From positions 124,001 through 188,000 of the forward strand of contig CM039000.1 of NCBI GenBank assembly GCA_017499595.2: a DNA stretch of 64,000 nt, written 5' to 3'. Source of the DNA: Psilocybe cubensis (lineage: Eukaryota). How positions within the stretch are numbered: the first letter of the stretch is position 1; the number at the start of each line of letters is the position of its first letter. The translations under genes and the position numbers were made by a program. The notes below the pieces were generated by a model. That model did not search any database and had not been told where the DNA came from. It saw only the letters and a list, made by a program, of their open reading frames with translations. This document shows positions 48,401 through 61,381 of the stretch, in pieces.

Positions 48401-51095
48401 GTAAGGGAAGATTGTCGTCAACATCCACATAGCGACAATAGCCAGCAATGGGATTCATTTGTGATGCGCTACCGGGCTTCCCTCTGGTCATAAAGACAGG
48501 GAAAGAACTGAGTTTGGTCCTTTCCGCTAGGGATAAGGCCGATCCAGCTGAGCGCGGCAATGACTCGAAGAGAGATGTTCGAATATCTGTCATAGTTGAT
48601 TTCCATAGCTCGTCGGAGACATTTTTCAGAGAGATATTGGAGTTTTTGATTAAAAATGCAATGTAGGGCCATGTGCGAACGGTAGGAATGTATCCGATTC
48701 CTCTCAACTGGACTACAACAGAGTGGGGTACTTCGGGGCTGATTGGGTATATACCCAACACTTTCCATGCTTCAATAAAGGTCTCGCCCTCTGTAAAATG
48801 AATTATGCGAGATGAAAGCCTACGGACCGTTCCTCTTGAAGTTGGTAGTAAAAATAGGCCTGAGAGGCCATTCAGATACTCGTTGAAGAATTTTGTACCG
48901 TCCTTCCATAAGATAATCCACGACCAGAAGTCGACGATCCACTGATGATCCACGGGTGCTTCCAGAATCTCATCATCAGTAGATGCGAGATGGGCTAATC
49001 GCTGTTGCAAGAATGATGAAATGTCGGAGCATTTGAGAACACCGACATTCAGGATGTCCGTTGAAGAAAGTTTGTTTCGTAATTTGTCAGACATTGTGTC
49101 GAAAGCCAACAAAGTAGTATGTGTGCAAAATATAGTAGCCTCTGTCGGTGTCAGAGATACGAGATATAGTGTACCGGAGTTCTTCATTTTGAGAGATACA
49201 TGGCCACCATCGTGAGAGAGCCGGAACCACGGTAGGCCATGGATAAACTGTAGATTTCCCGATGGCGAAAACACGAGATAATCTAGAAGGATCCGCAGAT
49301 CAGACGGTTCAAATTGGTCATAATATCCTTGTGGCTTCTCAGAAAAAAGACGATGCAAAGATGAGGGGTTAAGCATGCGGACATCCGGTGCCACAGAGAC
49401 GAGTGGGTTCAGAATGTGAGTCGGGGGTTGTACTATAAGAATTCCAAAACGCGAAAGGATGTCAAATGGGATGCCCACATTTGCGGCAGCGACCACAACG
49501 TTGGGGTCATCAAGACGGACAGGGCTCGATTTGTTGACAGTGGGAAAAACAGTCAGGCGGCGGCTGACAATTACTTGGGTCAGCGAGGTGATTAAATCTC
49601 TCCAATAACAATCTTCTCCCAGTGCTTCAGGGGGCCAGAGCGACCATTGCGACGTGTTCAAGACATCAGAAGGGAGATCCTCCAAGAATCTGGCCCAGAT
49701 ATCTGGGGTCCACGTGTTGAATATAATCTTGTTCCACTCGACAAGAAACCTGATTAAGTAGGGTAAGCCATTTTGTTTAGACCTAAAATAGAATCTACGT
49801 ACCTTTCTCGCGATTTTCCAGAGCCGACCTCTTGGATATTCTTAAGGTGCTGTCGATTGGGATCAAGGGCAAACACCGCATTGAGATGGAGTGGAAATTC
49901 AGTGCGTTGTGGAATAGGAAGGAGAGTAAAAAGACGGCCACGGACAAGAGGCCCTCCAAGAGGATACGCAATTTCAATTGTGGGTGAAAGCTTTTCCCGC
50001 GTCAAACTATCCTCGATGTCATATCCCAATCGACTTTCAAGAACGCCCTTGGCATGTGCAATCGTGTGATTAATGCAGTGAAATTTCCAGTTGCGCGACG
50101 TCTCGTTACCATTAATAGAAATGGTGGTCGTACGACGATTGAACGATGTTGGAGTGGGTGAAGGAATGGGTCGATCAACAATGATCTTTGAGAGGCACGT
50201 CTCCTTTCCAGCAGGGTCGATATGAATAAATTCAATAGTGGTAATGTGCCTGAGGAATAGGATAGCTTCTTCCATTCCGTGAGTAATAAACTCGTCAAAA
50301 ACATCTCGTATATCCTGGACAGAGGTCGTCGTGCTTTTGATTTTGCTGCGTTTGGCCTGATCTGCCGTTCTAAGAGGGAGACGAAATACAGTTCCGTTGA
50401 AGAAATCCTTCAAGTCCACGGCTTCGCCCGACGGTCTGTAAGACGCGAAAGGTAAGAGTTGATCGGCGTATTCATGACCTTCATCGGGAAGGTCAATGCT
50501 AACGCCGCCGTCATTTGGGATCTCGAACTCATGATGGGGATCAAAGATCATCAGTGTCCTTCCAGAGAGAATATGCGGGTTGTCTGTAATCTACGACATA
50601 TGAAGCTGTAAAACACTGCATAAAATGTATAGGGATCACATCTTACATGATACGATGCGCGGAACCCAAGTCCATTTTTGCCTGTCTGGCTGGATGTAAA
50701 CCAGGTTAGACGAAGTTTGTGATGCGAATAGAGACCACATACGACGCATCGGCTTGTTTACTGGAGGAATTTATCTTCCTTAGAGCTAGCCAATCCTCCT
50801 CCCTAACAAGCCCGTCATTCATTGCTATGAGGGCAGGTCCCTGAGTATTTTTCAGGTACGGGTCGACGAGACTCTGATCTGAGAATTTCCGTTCATCGAG
50901 AACGAAACGCTATCGGTAGTCATTAACATGTGAATGCTAGTTTAAACGATGGGGAAAATATACCTGAATGGTCGCCACGGCATCGTCGCTGTTTTGCAGG
51001 TATTCTCGAAGGATGGCAGCGTTACCCGGATATCCATTGAGAATGAGTTTCAAAAGTGCTGTTATATCGGTGAATTCTCTTGCGCTGTGAGGCAT
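42405..51095 (-). CDS. Very large sacsin-like protein (two GHKL/Hsp90-like ATPase repeat modules) with a C-terminal BTB/POZ domain
   Basis: Module 1: ILREYLQNSDDA...GKNGLGF...FDPH...GTVFRLPLRT...FPLHLNAVFALDPNRQ. Module 2: ITEFIANADDA...GRHGLG...LPFHLNARFAISSNRQ. C-terminal LRLSGTCTDVTLV...RAHRVVLAAAIPHF is BTB-like. ORFs 49754, 47283, 46482, 43472, 42805 and 42560 are separated by short introns. Confidence 0.85.
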
Positions 51096-51669
51096 GGTGG
51101 AGGTTTGACTTCAAGATGCCACAGTTCGTGCATGCGTGATGGGAGTATCTTATAGAAGATTAGTATCGCGATAATCAATACGGGCGCTAAACCAGGTCAC
51201 GTTTGCCTCATGGTCCTTTAATTTGAATATCAGGAAAGCGACAATTGTGTAAAAAAGTGTAATAACTTGCAACACAAGCAAGCAGCAGAGTAAAAGATGA
51301 AGGTGCTGATAGAGGTTAATTCAGACGCATAGGTGTATTAGACACACAGTGAAATCTTGATGTATTCCTTATGAAGGCAGGTGAAGTGAGGGGATGGAGG
51401 TGGAGGGGGGGCATATTACGTTGCATTATGAGAGTCTTGCATTGAGATTGGGGTATTGGTAGGGCTGGTGACGAAATGTGCGAATACGGTCATATCGGAC
51501 GTTAAAGAAAGTGTCAGCAAGAAGATGAAATGGTGCGTCATGGTAGAGCGCAAAGGGTTTGACTGTATAATGTGCATGAACGATTCGTAGATCGGGTGAA
51601 ACAGGAACCAGAATGGTTGCCTCGTATAGAAAAAGGATTTATTTAAAACATAAATATGAGTTAAGAATA

Positions 51670-51741
51670 TCCGATATGGTGTAACGGCTAACATTACCGC
51701 CTTTCACGCGGTAGCTCGGGGTTCGATTCCCCGTATCGGAA
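51670..51741 (+). tRNA. tRNA-Glu (anticodon TTC), intronless
   Basis: Acceptor stem TCCGATA/TATCGGA, anticodon arm ACCGC-CTTTCAC-GCGGT, T-loop GGTTCGATTCC, followed by a T-run Pol III terminator. Confidence 0.95.
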
Positions 51742-52913
51742 TTGTTTTTTCTACAGCGTGTGTCCTTGTGGCCTTCGTTTTCGAAAATCTTTGCCACCTG
51801 TGATTGATATGGGAATGTGATATCCGTGAGGCCAGTCGATGGGACATTTTGTAACCGTCCAGCTAGAGCCTACTAATGAATACCGATGAATGCAGGACGT
51901 TGAGCTGTACTGAACACCTGACGTATTCCTTCTATCATCAGGCGGTCCAAATGGTCTCTTCAGAAAGGAACAAGTTCATTCAACATATTAATAATGTTTC
52001 TGTCTTCTTTTCCTACACTTCCGGGTATTTCGCCCTTATTTAATATTGTTTAGAGGTAAACATCCAGGTTCTTCCGGATACATATAATGATCCCACGCCA
52101 GATTTTTCACCAACGTGTTAATAAAGGGTGTAACACTCATTCATAGTAGAGTCATACCAGTCCAGTCTCTTAATTATATAAGGGATAAAGGACATCATCA
52201 TCCAAGCTACCCCGTAATGTGCAATTTTAAGTGCGTAAAAATTTTGATGCTATGAATGAGACAGAAGGATAACAATAGGTCAGTAATTCCCCGCATACTG
52301 GACTCTGAGCCTGAACACTCAGTTGATCAAGCGATAAACAGTTCATAAGGCCCGTTTCATTTCCTCCATTGATTGATGTTACTTATCACAGATTGGCCTG
52401 ATCTTGCGACATAGAAGCAATACCTCCGACAGTGAATACAAGTTATGAGGATTACATTCTATTACTACCAAGCCTTCTAACCGTTGTTGAGAGAGCCCAG
52501 TCTTTCCGTCGTATTTCAGTGTTTCCCATGTCATTTAGTAAATGAGTATCCCTCTTGTCCGACTCCCAGTACAGCATTTACTGAGAAAAAGTACCAAAAA
52601 GATTACTCTGTATGACATATTTTTGGATCTATGGGACATCTCGCAACAGTCAATCAACTGTCCATATACAAGCCTGTGTTATATCTTCGTTGAACCATCA
52701 GGCACCTGTTCGGTTGGTTTATTTATATCTCTCACACTAAAGTGTTACTCAGTATATATATGATGAGCGTTGGGCGGCTCCTCTGAGCGCTGCCCCCCTG
52801 TATTCCTTCTCTTCCTTCCTTCTCTTCCTTCCTTCTCTTCCTTCATATTTCATCCATACAATTGTCTACGTTTTGGCCAAAACATTGTTGTCCCCATATA
52901 CCAGGACTTGGCA

Positions 52914-54740
52914 ATGTCAATATTTAATCCGCTTATTCAAGCTCTGATAGAAGGCCTACGAGAGGTTCAGCTCATACGATACACCCGCGGTTCGCATCCA
53001 TTGAATAATTTTTATTGTTAAGCTCATTAGACTGGGTTTCATTTCTTCATTAGCTGCGGCTGCAACATGTGTTCTGTACGACTATAGTGAGTCTCTGCTC
53101 TCCGATATCCGTATGATGAACGATACTCACGCTCAATTTAGTGATAACATTTGACAGAGAAGTAGGCAACTCCCGCTCAGCCTTAATTCATATCAAAGTA
53201 ACGAAAATTTTGTATTGTTTCATAGGTCAATCTCATTTGGGTACGGGCAACAGTACTTCCCCATTTCTTTCTCTGTAGATCATTTACAGTTCTCTATAAG
53301 AAAAGAAAATGGTCATGGATCAAGATCCTCTTTTTTGTGGTGAGTATGTGGAATGCATTCAAGGAACAAGACGACAAACCTGACATGGGAGGTAGAATCG
53401 GTATTACGTATTGGCAACAGCTACGTGAGTTTCAGAATAGGATGGGATTGTTAATTGACTAAGATCTAATCATTTAGCTTTGACATCTACGGTAAATAAT
53501 CGGGCAGTGTCTCCAGATGACATATCCTCATGGTATACACCTCCCACACAGCTCACTTCCCCGTTGGCCTAACAAATACGGTGTGTGTGTGTTTTTGCAT
53601 GGCCCCGAACTTGATGTATTGATATAGGTTTCATTAGTTGTAAGTTAACTATGTGCTAAAAATATTGACCCTCTGAAAGACGCTTATATCATTGCAATAG
53701 TTGTAAGTGCATCGGTGAGATATAGTTGATACAGACACCGACTTCGCGATGACAAGGTCTGCGCGTCTTCCAGTGGGAAGGAATTACAGGTTTAGTTGGG
53801 TGTATAGTGGCCGATCGTGAGTCAAAGTTTATACCTCCCTAGGTATCGGCCATTATATGACATGACAATCCTTTTGCAGTCACTCTTCAAGTGAGAATAT
53901 ACGCCTTGTATTCAGAGAGCAAGAGGGTACTCGCGTTGATGATGACGACGTATATCCTCTGCATAACGGCATCAGGATGGGTAGTGGGGACCGCGTTAGT
54001 AAACGGGCAAGGTATGCATATGCTCTCTCTCGTTTAGTCAAATAAATGTCCAACGTTTTACTTGACTTGTTAGCGTTTGTGGTTCCCATACCAGGAGGAG
54101 CCGTCTGTGATCTACGCGTCATCCCACCGCATATCTATGCATTTTGGATTCCCATGATCACATTCCAAGTGTTACTATGTATACTGGCCATCATTCCTGC
54201 CTTGAACTCTTTCAAGGTGGATGGTTCCCTCCTTAACATTTACAGCGGGAGAGGATTGTACAACATTCTCATTCGTGATTCAACAATATATTTTGCCATG
54301 TGAGTCACCGCCTTGAAATATGAACAAGTTTTGATTATATTTTATGTTTTGACTGACCCGCTGAATTTGGTTTTTCACCACTCTACCTGTGGTCCCTTGC
54401 CACAACTTAGAATTGCCATCACCTACGTTAGCTGCCTCACGGTTTGGATCATAGAGCAACATGTGAGTGAATTAGCTTAGTCCCTAAATCTGCATATCAC
54501 TGATCAGATAAAACACCGAAAAATTTACATAACCACTCGAACATTCACAACGGCAACAACATCAACAATGGTATATAGAACGGCCTCATCGAAACCCCCA
54601 TTGGATTCTCAGTTGCCATTCAATGCTCACTGTGTAGTCGCATTATTCTTAACCTACGCGAGGCTGATTCGCTCGTCATAGGCAACGATAACAGTGTTGC
54701 AAGGAAGGGAGCGATGGTATACGGGTCAGGGGACTATTGA
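52914..54740 (+). CDS. DUF6533-family multi-pass membrane protein with many small exons
   Basis: Spliced motifs VLYDY..TFDREVNLIW.KRKWSWIKILFFVNRY, LQVRIYALY, ILIRDSTIYF and SRIILNLRE are characteristic of this basidiomycete family. TGA at 54738-54740. Confidence 0.8.
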
Positions 54741-55381
54741 ACTCCAATATTCACCCCTACACGGAATTAAACGTCGAGAAAAGTCACAGAATCCCACATT
54801 TAACATCATGACATCATGACACGACTAACCGTATGTCCAAGTCTGTTCTCAGCGCCATTTATCAAAAATTGATCTTTAAACAATTTGTTCTATCGATTGA
54901 TATATATGTAATACTCCTCAACAAATATATATATTTCCCAAAGGCTTAAGATATGTGAAATGCTGCGTCGTTAAATTTTATATGGGAGATTTGAGAACTT
55001 CATTGATTACCTGACGGATCCCGACGATTGCATAGCGCGCCAAGGTAAATTAAAGATCACTCGGAATTGAACGCGCGGACAACTAAACCATACAAGTTCA
55101 TAACTTCCTGGATAAAGTAGGAAACATCTTCACCTTCATATGTACGACGGACGAATTGACGACGAAGATCATATTCGGATGCTGACCGTGGGAACAATGT
55201 ATCTTCACTAAGCTGGTGACTTTTCAAACGAAAATCGGATTTCGATTTACTACAGTGTTGATACGCCTTCATAGTAAATCGAAACTTGAATACTACAGCA
55301 ATCAAATTCAACAGGCTATATATCACGTGGAGCATACTGGATTATGACCACGAGCTTGCCACGAAGTTGAACCTCGGGTCG

Positions 55382-55460
55382 ACACATACACACAATCATT
55401 TCAATCTCCGACGTACACATACACACAATAATTTTAATCTCCGACGTACACACACACAAT
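55382..55460. repeat. 33-bp tandem repeat, about 2.4 copies
   Basis: ACACATACACACAAT(C/A)ATTT(C/T)AATCTCCGACGT repeated head to tail. Confidence 0.85.
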
Positions 55461-56074
55461 CGAGGGAAATCTAGGATCACCGGGACAGAATTTGCGGAAT
55501 GTTGAGCCAGGAGTCCTAATGGAGATTTTTGAGCCACTGGAAGCTCTACTATTGGATCAGTTTGTGGATAAAGCAGGTTAGATCTTCACACTGGAGGAAC
55601 GGAAGACATGTAAACGTCAACTAATACAGAGCCGAGTCTGTGTGTTCTCGAACACGGCTGGAGGAACAATCGGAAGCAGTTTGAGGCGTGTAAATTCGAA
55701 GACAACGATACAGGGTCCTCTTTCCCCCAACCGTACTAATTCTACGGATTGAAAAAACATATCCTGGCGGACTGTACTATTATACGGTACCACACTCTGA
55801 TACGCAATAGCATTGCAGCACAAGCTGCCTGCAGTAGAACGCGAGGTAGAAGCACCCTGACTGCTGTGGGAGAAACATGCCTGAGATTTGATTGATAAAT
55901 CGCATCTTCTGACAGACCCAGCAACCTCAAGTCAGTCGCGCCACTCGTTCCGAGTACGGCAAAAGCCTTGAGTGAGAGCGTTGATTGGATATAATCCTTG
56001 CTATGTGTGTGCGCTCACGTCTCCTTCCTTTCTTCCCATCCATTATCGATTAGACATTCTAACGTCCTGCATCC

Positions 56075-59000
56075 ATGAACTCCAATAATGTTCAATCGTC
56101 CGTACCCTCAAGCCAAGGCCTTGAAATGTCGGAAATGCTACAATGTCTACACGATATGATTCGTGAGTGCTACAATACAACAGCAAATTATGAGTATGAC
56201 CAATATCAACCACCTCTGCGATCAGGGCATACAGAAATCAGCGTGGCTGCTCGCGTGCGTGCGTTTTTGCGTGTGCCTGCGTGACACGCATTTTTGCGCA
56301 ACAACTGTGTTCTGCACGCATATTGATGTGTTCTGCACGCAATGTCACAGCTGTGTCACACGTAGGATTGTAATGTAACAGTGGTCATTAGCGTTCATTG
56401 ATCATTACTTGGTGTGTAATAATGTATTGTTAATATGTCCTTGTACTCCAATTCCATGTGCGGCCATCACCACGGGTATCAAGCAGTTAGGATGTAGATT
56501 ATTACACGGTTTATCATGTACTTGGATTAATCAATATATATACCTTTAAAAGTCTATAATACATGGTAAGTGTAAGTGTTTGAGGCTCGGAACCTGTAGA
56601 ACTTCAGTGAAATAATTTGTTGTTAGAGGGGCCATACAAACAATGAACTCGAGGGATGGTTTGGTATGCCGAGTCCTTCGGCATGTGAGTCACCACAATC
56701 TCCGCCTCCGCAACCATGAGTCGGCAATAAAATCGGCAACGGTTTATGATCGGTAATATCCGATCCAATGGTGAACTTTAAGAAAAATGACAATTTTGTC
56801 TTTTCGACATGCAATTTATGTTGTTGAACGACCACCAGCGTGACACCACAACACGCTAGGTGCACTCAATCGCACGCATTTGCCACGCAAGCAGCACGCG
56901 ACCCACTTTCCCACGTTAACGCGATGGCACGCGATGGCACGCGATAGCACGCGACCCAATTAATTGCGGGCAATCAACACGCAAACAGTTGTTATCTGCA
57001 CGCGATGGCCCCGCAAGCAATCTAAGTTTGCACACTAGTAAGAAATAATGCGTTTTGGATTATTCCACTGCAAAATATGTCTGGATGTACCATTAGATAT
57101 ACTGAATTTTTACCTAGGCACTGATGTTGAATGTTTCAAAGATCTCAAATAAATTAAAAAGTAAAACTCAACGGCAATGAACTCGTTAAATGTATTAAAT
57201 GAGTATATTGTGGTATGTAGTTGTGTTCCCACTTGGCATGTATGTGCATTGATCCTCAATTTTCACTACCTCTAGGCTCCAGAAGCGGGCATAAAATGAC
57301 ATACTGTTGCAGACATTCAACCTATATTAAGGGTATTAATTTTGCGAGGTCAATATACAATAGAAACTGATGATGACTCCAATTCCCAAGGTTTGGAACT
57401 TCAATCTTGGAACTTCCCAGCTACATTATATCCGGATACGCAAGTCCTTGGAAAGAGCGATGGATTTGTGTATGATTTACTTTGCCTCGTCCTTTTCAAT
57501 CATTCTATCCAACATTCGATATCGCGCTACTATTCACCCAATTGCAAAGAAATATACACATATGACGGCATGGCACATGGGGGACGGTCCATTAGCAAAC
57601 CAAAGGCTAAATTTGTGTGTTACATCGCTGGCAAAAACCAAAACTACTACAGGAGGTTCCATATCATTCGTGTTATACCTTTTCACAACGATTTGGTTTG
57701 GTAGTTGACCCCACCACAAACTCAGACATACCAAAAGTTTCTCCGAGACTGCCTTATGAGGGCTTCACGTTATTTTATCGCTTCAAACGCCAGGCATGGA
57801 CACAAAGACTTGACAATGCCATCGAGTACATCACCATGGAAGCTGGTATATCCGATGAAGATTACATGAAGATCGATGACTCCAACTCCAACACTGGAGA
57901 GCTGGAGCGACCGGACACGCCTATAGTAGATAACCATCTTACTAGAGGGGAATATCCACCGATTTTGCTGGATGGTAAAGAAGTGGAAGAGCAGGCCCCA
58001 TCCAATGGTTCAGATCCTGGCAGAGAAGATGCTGGTATGTGTTACAATTTTAATAGTATAGTCAGTATTGTTGTATGAGGCCGGGTCCAAAGTACATCGA
58101 TCAACCCAAAAAGAAGGTAGAAGCTCAACCCCAGAGCCCTCGTCCTAAACCTGGACCTATTCCAAAGAAAAGGCAGTGAGGTGTCAGTTAATTATTTAGT
58201 ACAACTGAATGCGTAGCATACTACATTGCTTGCAAAAAATAGATTCACTGCTCTTTATGTGAATTTTATATAGAATGTTGCACGCAAATAGCACGCTACC
58301 TCAACAGCGCTGCACGCGTTTAAATGTCATACACACGCAACATATAGCATTTTGCACGCAAGGTTATGTGAAAGACACGCAAATTTACCGATTCGCATTT
58401 ATGCGTGGCACGCAAAAATAGGTCGCACGCGGGCTAACCACGCTGATTTCCTGGTGCCCCTGCGATCAGCATACATGTCGACGCGGCAAATACAGGACAC
58501 CACAAGATGGCTGATTGCTATGTCCAGAGACGTACAACAGCCCTGCGGGACGTCTGCTGGGGTATGGGAGGGCTCCACGAGCACATTGGATGTACCCATC
58601 CCTCATTATCCACCCCATTCTACCACACCAGACAACATCCATCTTGAAACGGAGCCTGCCCCCAATCCGTATTTCGATCCACTCAGCGATCTCGCCGCAC
58701 CGCCAGTGGATGAGTATGCGGCCGGCGACTTGTTTCAACAAAGCGTTGACGAGTGGGACAGGCTACCTGAGCCAATGTACAGTAGTCACCACTGCCCATT
58801 CAACCTAGCTGCACCACAAGCGGTGGATAGCGCTCAGGTAGACCTGTACCAGTCGGATCGGGCATCCGTAAACGAAAAGTACGTGTTTTCCATTTTTTAC
58901 ACACTATTCCGGGATGCTTATTTCGCTCGTTGCAGGAATATCATGGTGCCTGCACCAGAACTCTTTTGCCCATCTACGGAGGCCTTAATCACTGAAGGTT

Positions 59001-59323
59001 CCTCAGGAAACCAAAGCCATAGGTAATATGTCCATGAGGCTATGGATATGATACAGCACAAAAACTGATATTGATGTCATAGTTCCATTACGGAGCCATT
59101 TCGACCGCTGGCTGTACCTCGCTATGTCGAGATGGGCGAAGGTTCCTCACAGTCGTGCAACATGTTCCCCTCATACAGAGAGGCGGAACATATACATAAT
59201 CATGGATCCATTGAACCGGATTGCTACCTTGCCTCCGGGTCCCTTACGGGCCCCGTCGAGGCGACATACGGCAGTGACCAGACTGTCAATGGAGGGTATG
59301 TTATAGTCCCGCCTCTTGATTGA
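56075..59323 (+). pseudogene. Hypothetical gene interrupted by the 56223-58462 transposon
   Basis: ORF 56075 (...YDQYQPPLRS) continues in frame into ORF 58352 (LRSAYMSTRQIQDTTRW...) once the element and one TSD copy are removed. A downstream repeat exon has a TGA where its paralogous copies have CGC/CGA. Confidence 0.55.
56223..58462. mobile_element. Non-autonomous DNA transposon with imperfect TIRs and CACGC-rich subterminal repeats
   Basis: Left end CAGGGCATACAGAAATCAGCGTGGCTGCTCGCGTGCG; reverse complement of right end CAGGGGCACCAGGAAATCAGCGTGGTTAGCCCGCGTGCG. Flanked by duplicated CGAT, or CTGCGATCAG if the terminal 3 bp belong to the TSD. Confidence 0.75.
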
Positions 59324-59400
59324 AGAGAACTAACATCAAAAATATTTGAACCAGATGGGAGTGCCGCATGCGTCTTGGAGATGCGGCAGAGGTGCAGAGG
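59074..59400 (+). repeat. Dispersed copy of a ~300-bp repeat unit also present twice in tandem at 63362-64000
   Basis: Shared sequence GTCATAGT..ATTAC.GAGCCATTT...GAGATGGGCGAAGG...CCCTCATACAGAGAGGCGGAAC...TTTGAACCAGATG; the ORF track gives near-identical peptides. Confidence 0.9.
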
Positions 59401-61381
59401 TATGTCACATTATGGAATATTTCTTAATAAACGATTGCTAACTTGAGATATATCAGGGCAAGTGAAGCGTCGGATTCAAGGTAAGCAGTTCCGAAGATTT
59501 GTGTTAGACCATGATTTACTGAAAAAAATGCAGAAGTGGATCCGACGAAGAACCCAGAGGCGATGCGGGCGCAGGACAGGACACGCCCTCAGAGCTAGCC
59601 ATGCAGGAGTACGCTGGCGGGCGTGTACCGACGAGCAGGGGGAGCCGCGCAACCGACTACCCACGTTATAAGAGTGCTGTGAATCCAGCATATTCCATGA
59701 CGAGGGTGCCGAACAGCCTGCGGAGTGGGGATGTCAAACCACAGGCTGTGGTAATGGAGGGTGGCCGCCGGTGGACGGTCATTGTTGGAGGGGGAGAAAG
59801 GGCGTCGAGTTCCGGCGCATCGTCGTCCGGAACGACGAGGGAACGAGTATTCGAAAAGTGAGATTTGATTTTATGCTTGACAAATTAGAAACAAATAACA
59901 CTGACCTTTAAACAATCTCAGCCATGGGCCAGGTACACAGGCCATTCAACAAACTCGAAATACTCACAAGGGATGTGGTAAAGGTAGGGTCCGCAGACTG
60001 AAGAAATAGCCTGTGGATCGAGGGGACGTGGGGGCCGAGGGTGCTTGGGACGACGATGAGGACAAGTATTCACTTTTTCCAAACCTTTCTCGGAGTCTTA
60101 TCTCCGATCAATCGTGGGAAAGGTGAGGACTTGTTCAGAAATAAAGTATCTTAGAGCTCGACATCAACAGTAATATAATGATATTTGCAAAGAAAGTTTT
60201 ATGGAAGAACTTGAATTAAGAGTTGGAAAGTAGTAATCTACCAAAAATTACAGAAATTACATCATTGGCAATTAAATAAGAGCATTTTAATGCAGAACAA
60301 GTCTTGGGCAGTAGAGATTGAAGTCAGTTTTCCATATCAACACCATCTCGAGGGTATTCCAGTAGCGTCGGATTCGAGGACAGCGTGGATTAGTCCGAGC
60401 ATGATCAGTGCATGATCCGAGATAATTAATCAATCACATGTGAGTGATTTATCTTATCTGCCATACGCGACTACAGTACTAAATATTAGTTATCGATGTT
60501 TGTATATCTAAGCGATCATCTCTATTGTTGTGGGAGTTAAGTATCGTGTATAATCAAATAATAGGAAGAAGTAGAATAGAATGAGAATGTAGTTAAAGTA
60601 AGGTGGGGGAGGTGAGGATTACGGTGTTCGAGAACCGCAAAAAAATGTATATTATTCAAGCTAGTATATAGACAATGCAGTGTCTAACTCTAACACAGGC
60701 GGCAGTTGGTTTAACACAGAAATCACTCACTTTGTGAAGTGTCGACTTGACTACATGTTCAGATCTCCAATGATATAAGGGCCATACATAATTTGGTCAA
60801 AAAATGGTTTAACTAGAATACGTAGGCCCCTATACGCGTAGATTTGGTTATTTTGGCCTGTCAAAACTGCTGTAGAGGAGAAAAACACTCAAAATATGCC
60901 AATGTCCTGCTAATTCACGGGGTGAAGAAGGCAATGGACGAACGCCAATGGATAGTTCGGAGGCAGTATGAGTCTGTGATGGTGATCACGCACCGGAGTT
61001 TAGATAGCAAATGTGAAATTTAGAGCTTGCGGTTCTCGTACACGCTGTTCTCGTACACGCTAGAGGATAGACGAATGAATTTGTGAGTGTTTTCGAAAGA
61101 AATAATGAAAGGGTATCGGAGGTTTAGTGGGGTTACATTGTTGTTTCCCGTTTGGATCATAAGTCGAGGTCTGATTCGTCGTCTTCGGAGTCGGGTACTG
61201 GTTCGTCGTCATACGATGGGGGTTTGGGTGGCAGTGTTTGAGTACCGGAGCGAGTGTACGCTCCAGAGATGCCAAGGAACGACGCAAGAGCTTTGATGCC
61301 TTGGATTGTTCCCAGGATTTCTGGTTAAAAGACCGTTCTGGGACGGTTTACAACTTTTTTATGGCTTGCTCTTTACTTTCT

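Noticed and set aside
55382-55460. 33-bp repeats superficially like a CRISPR array
   Set aside because: Head-to-tail with no unique spacers, eukaryotic context, no cas genes.
55057-55930. - strand ORF fragments that might form a gene
   Set aside because: No recognisable family and interrupted by the tandem repeat; too weak to call.
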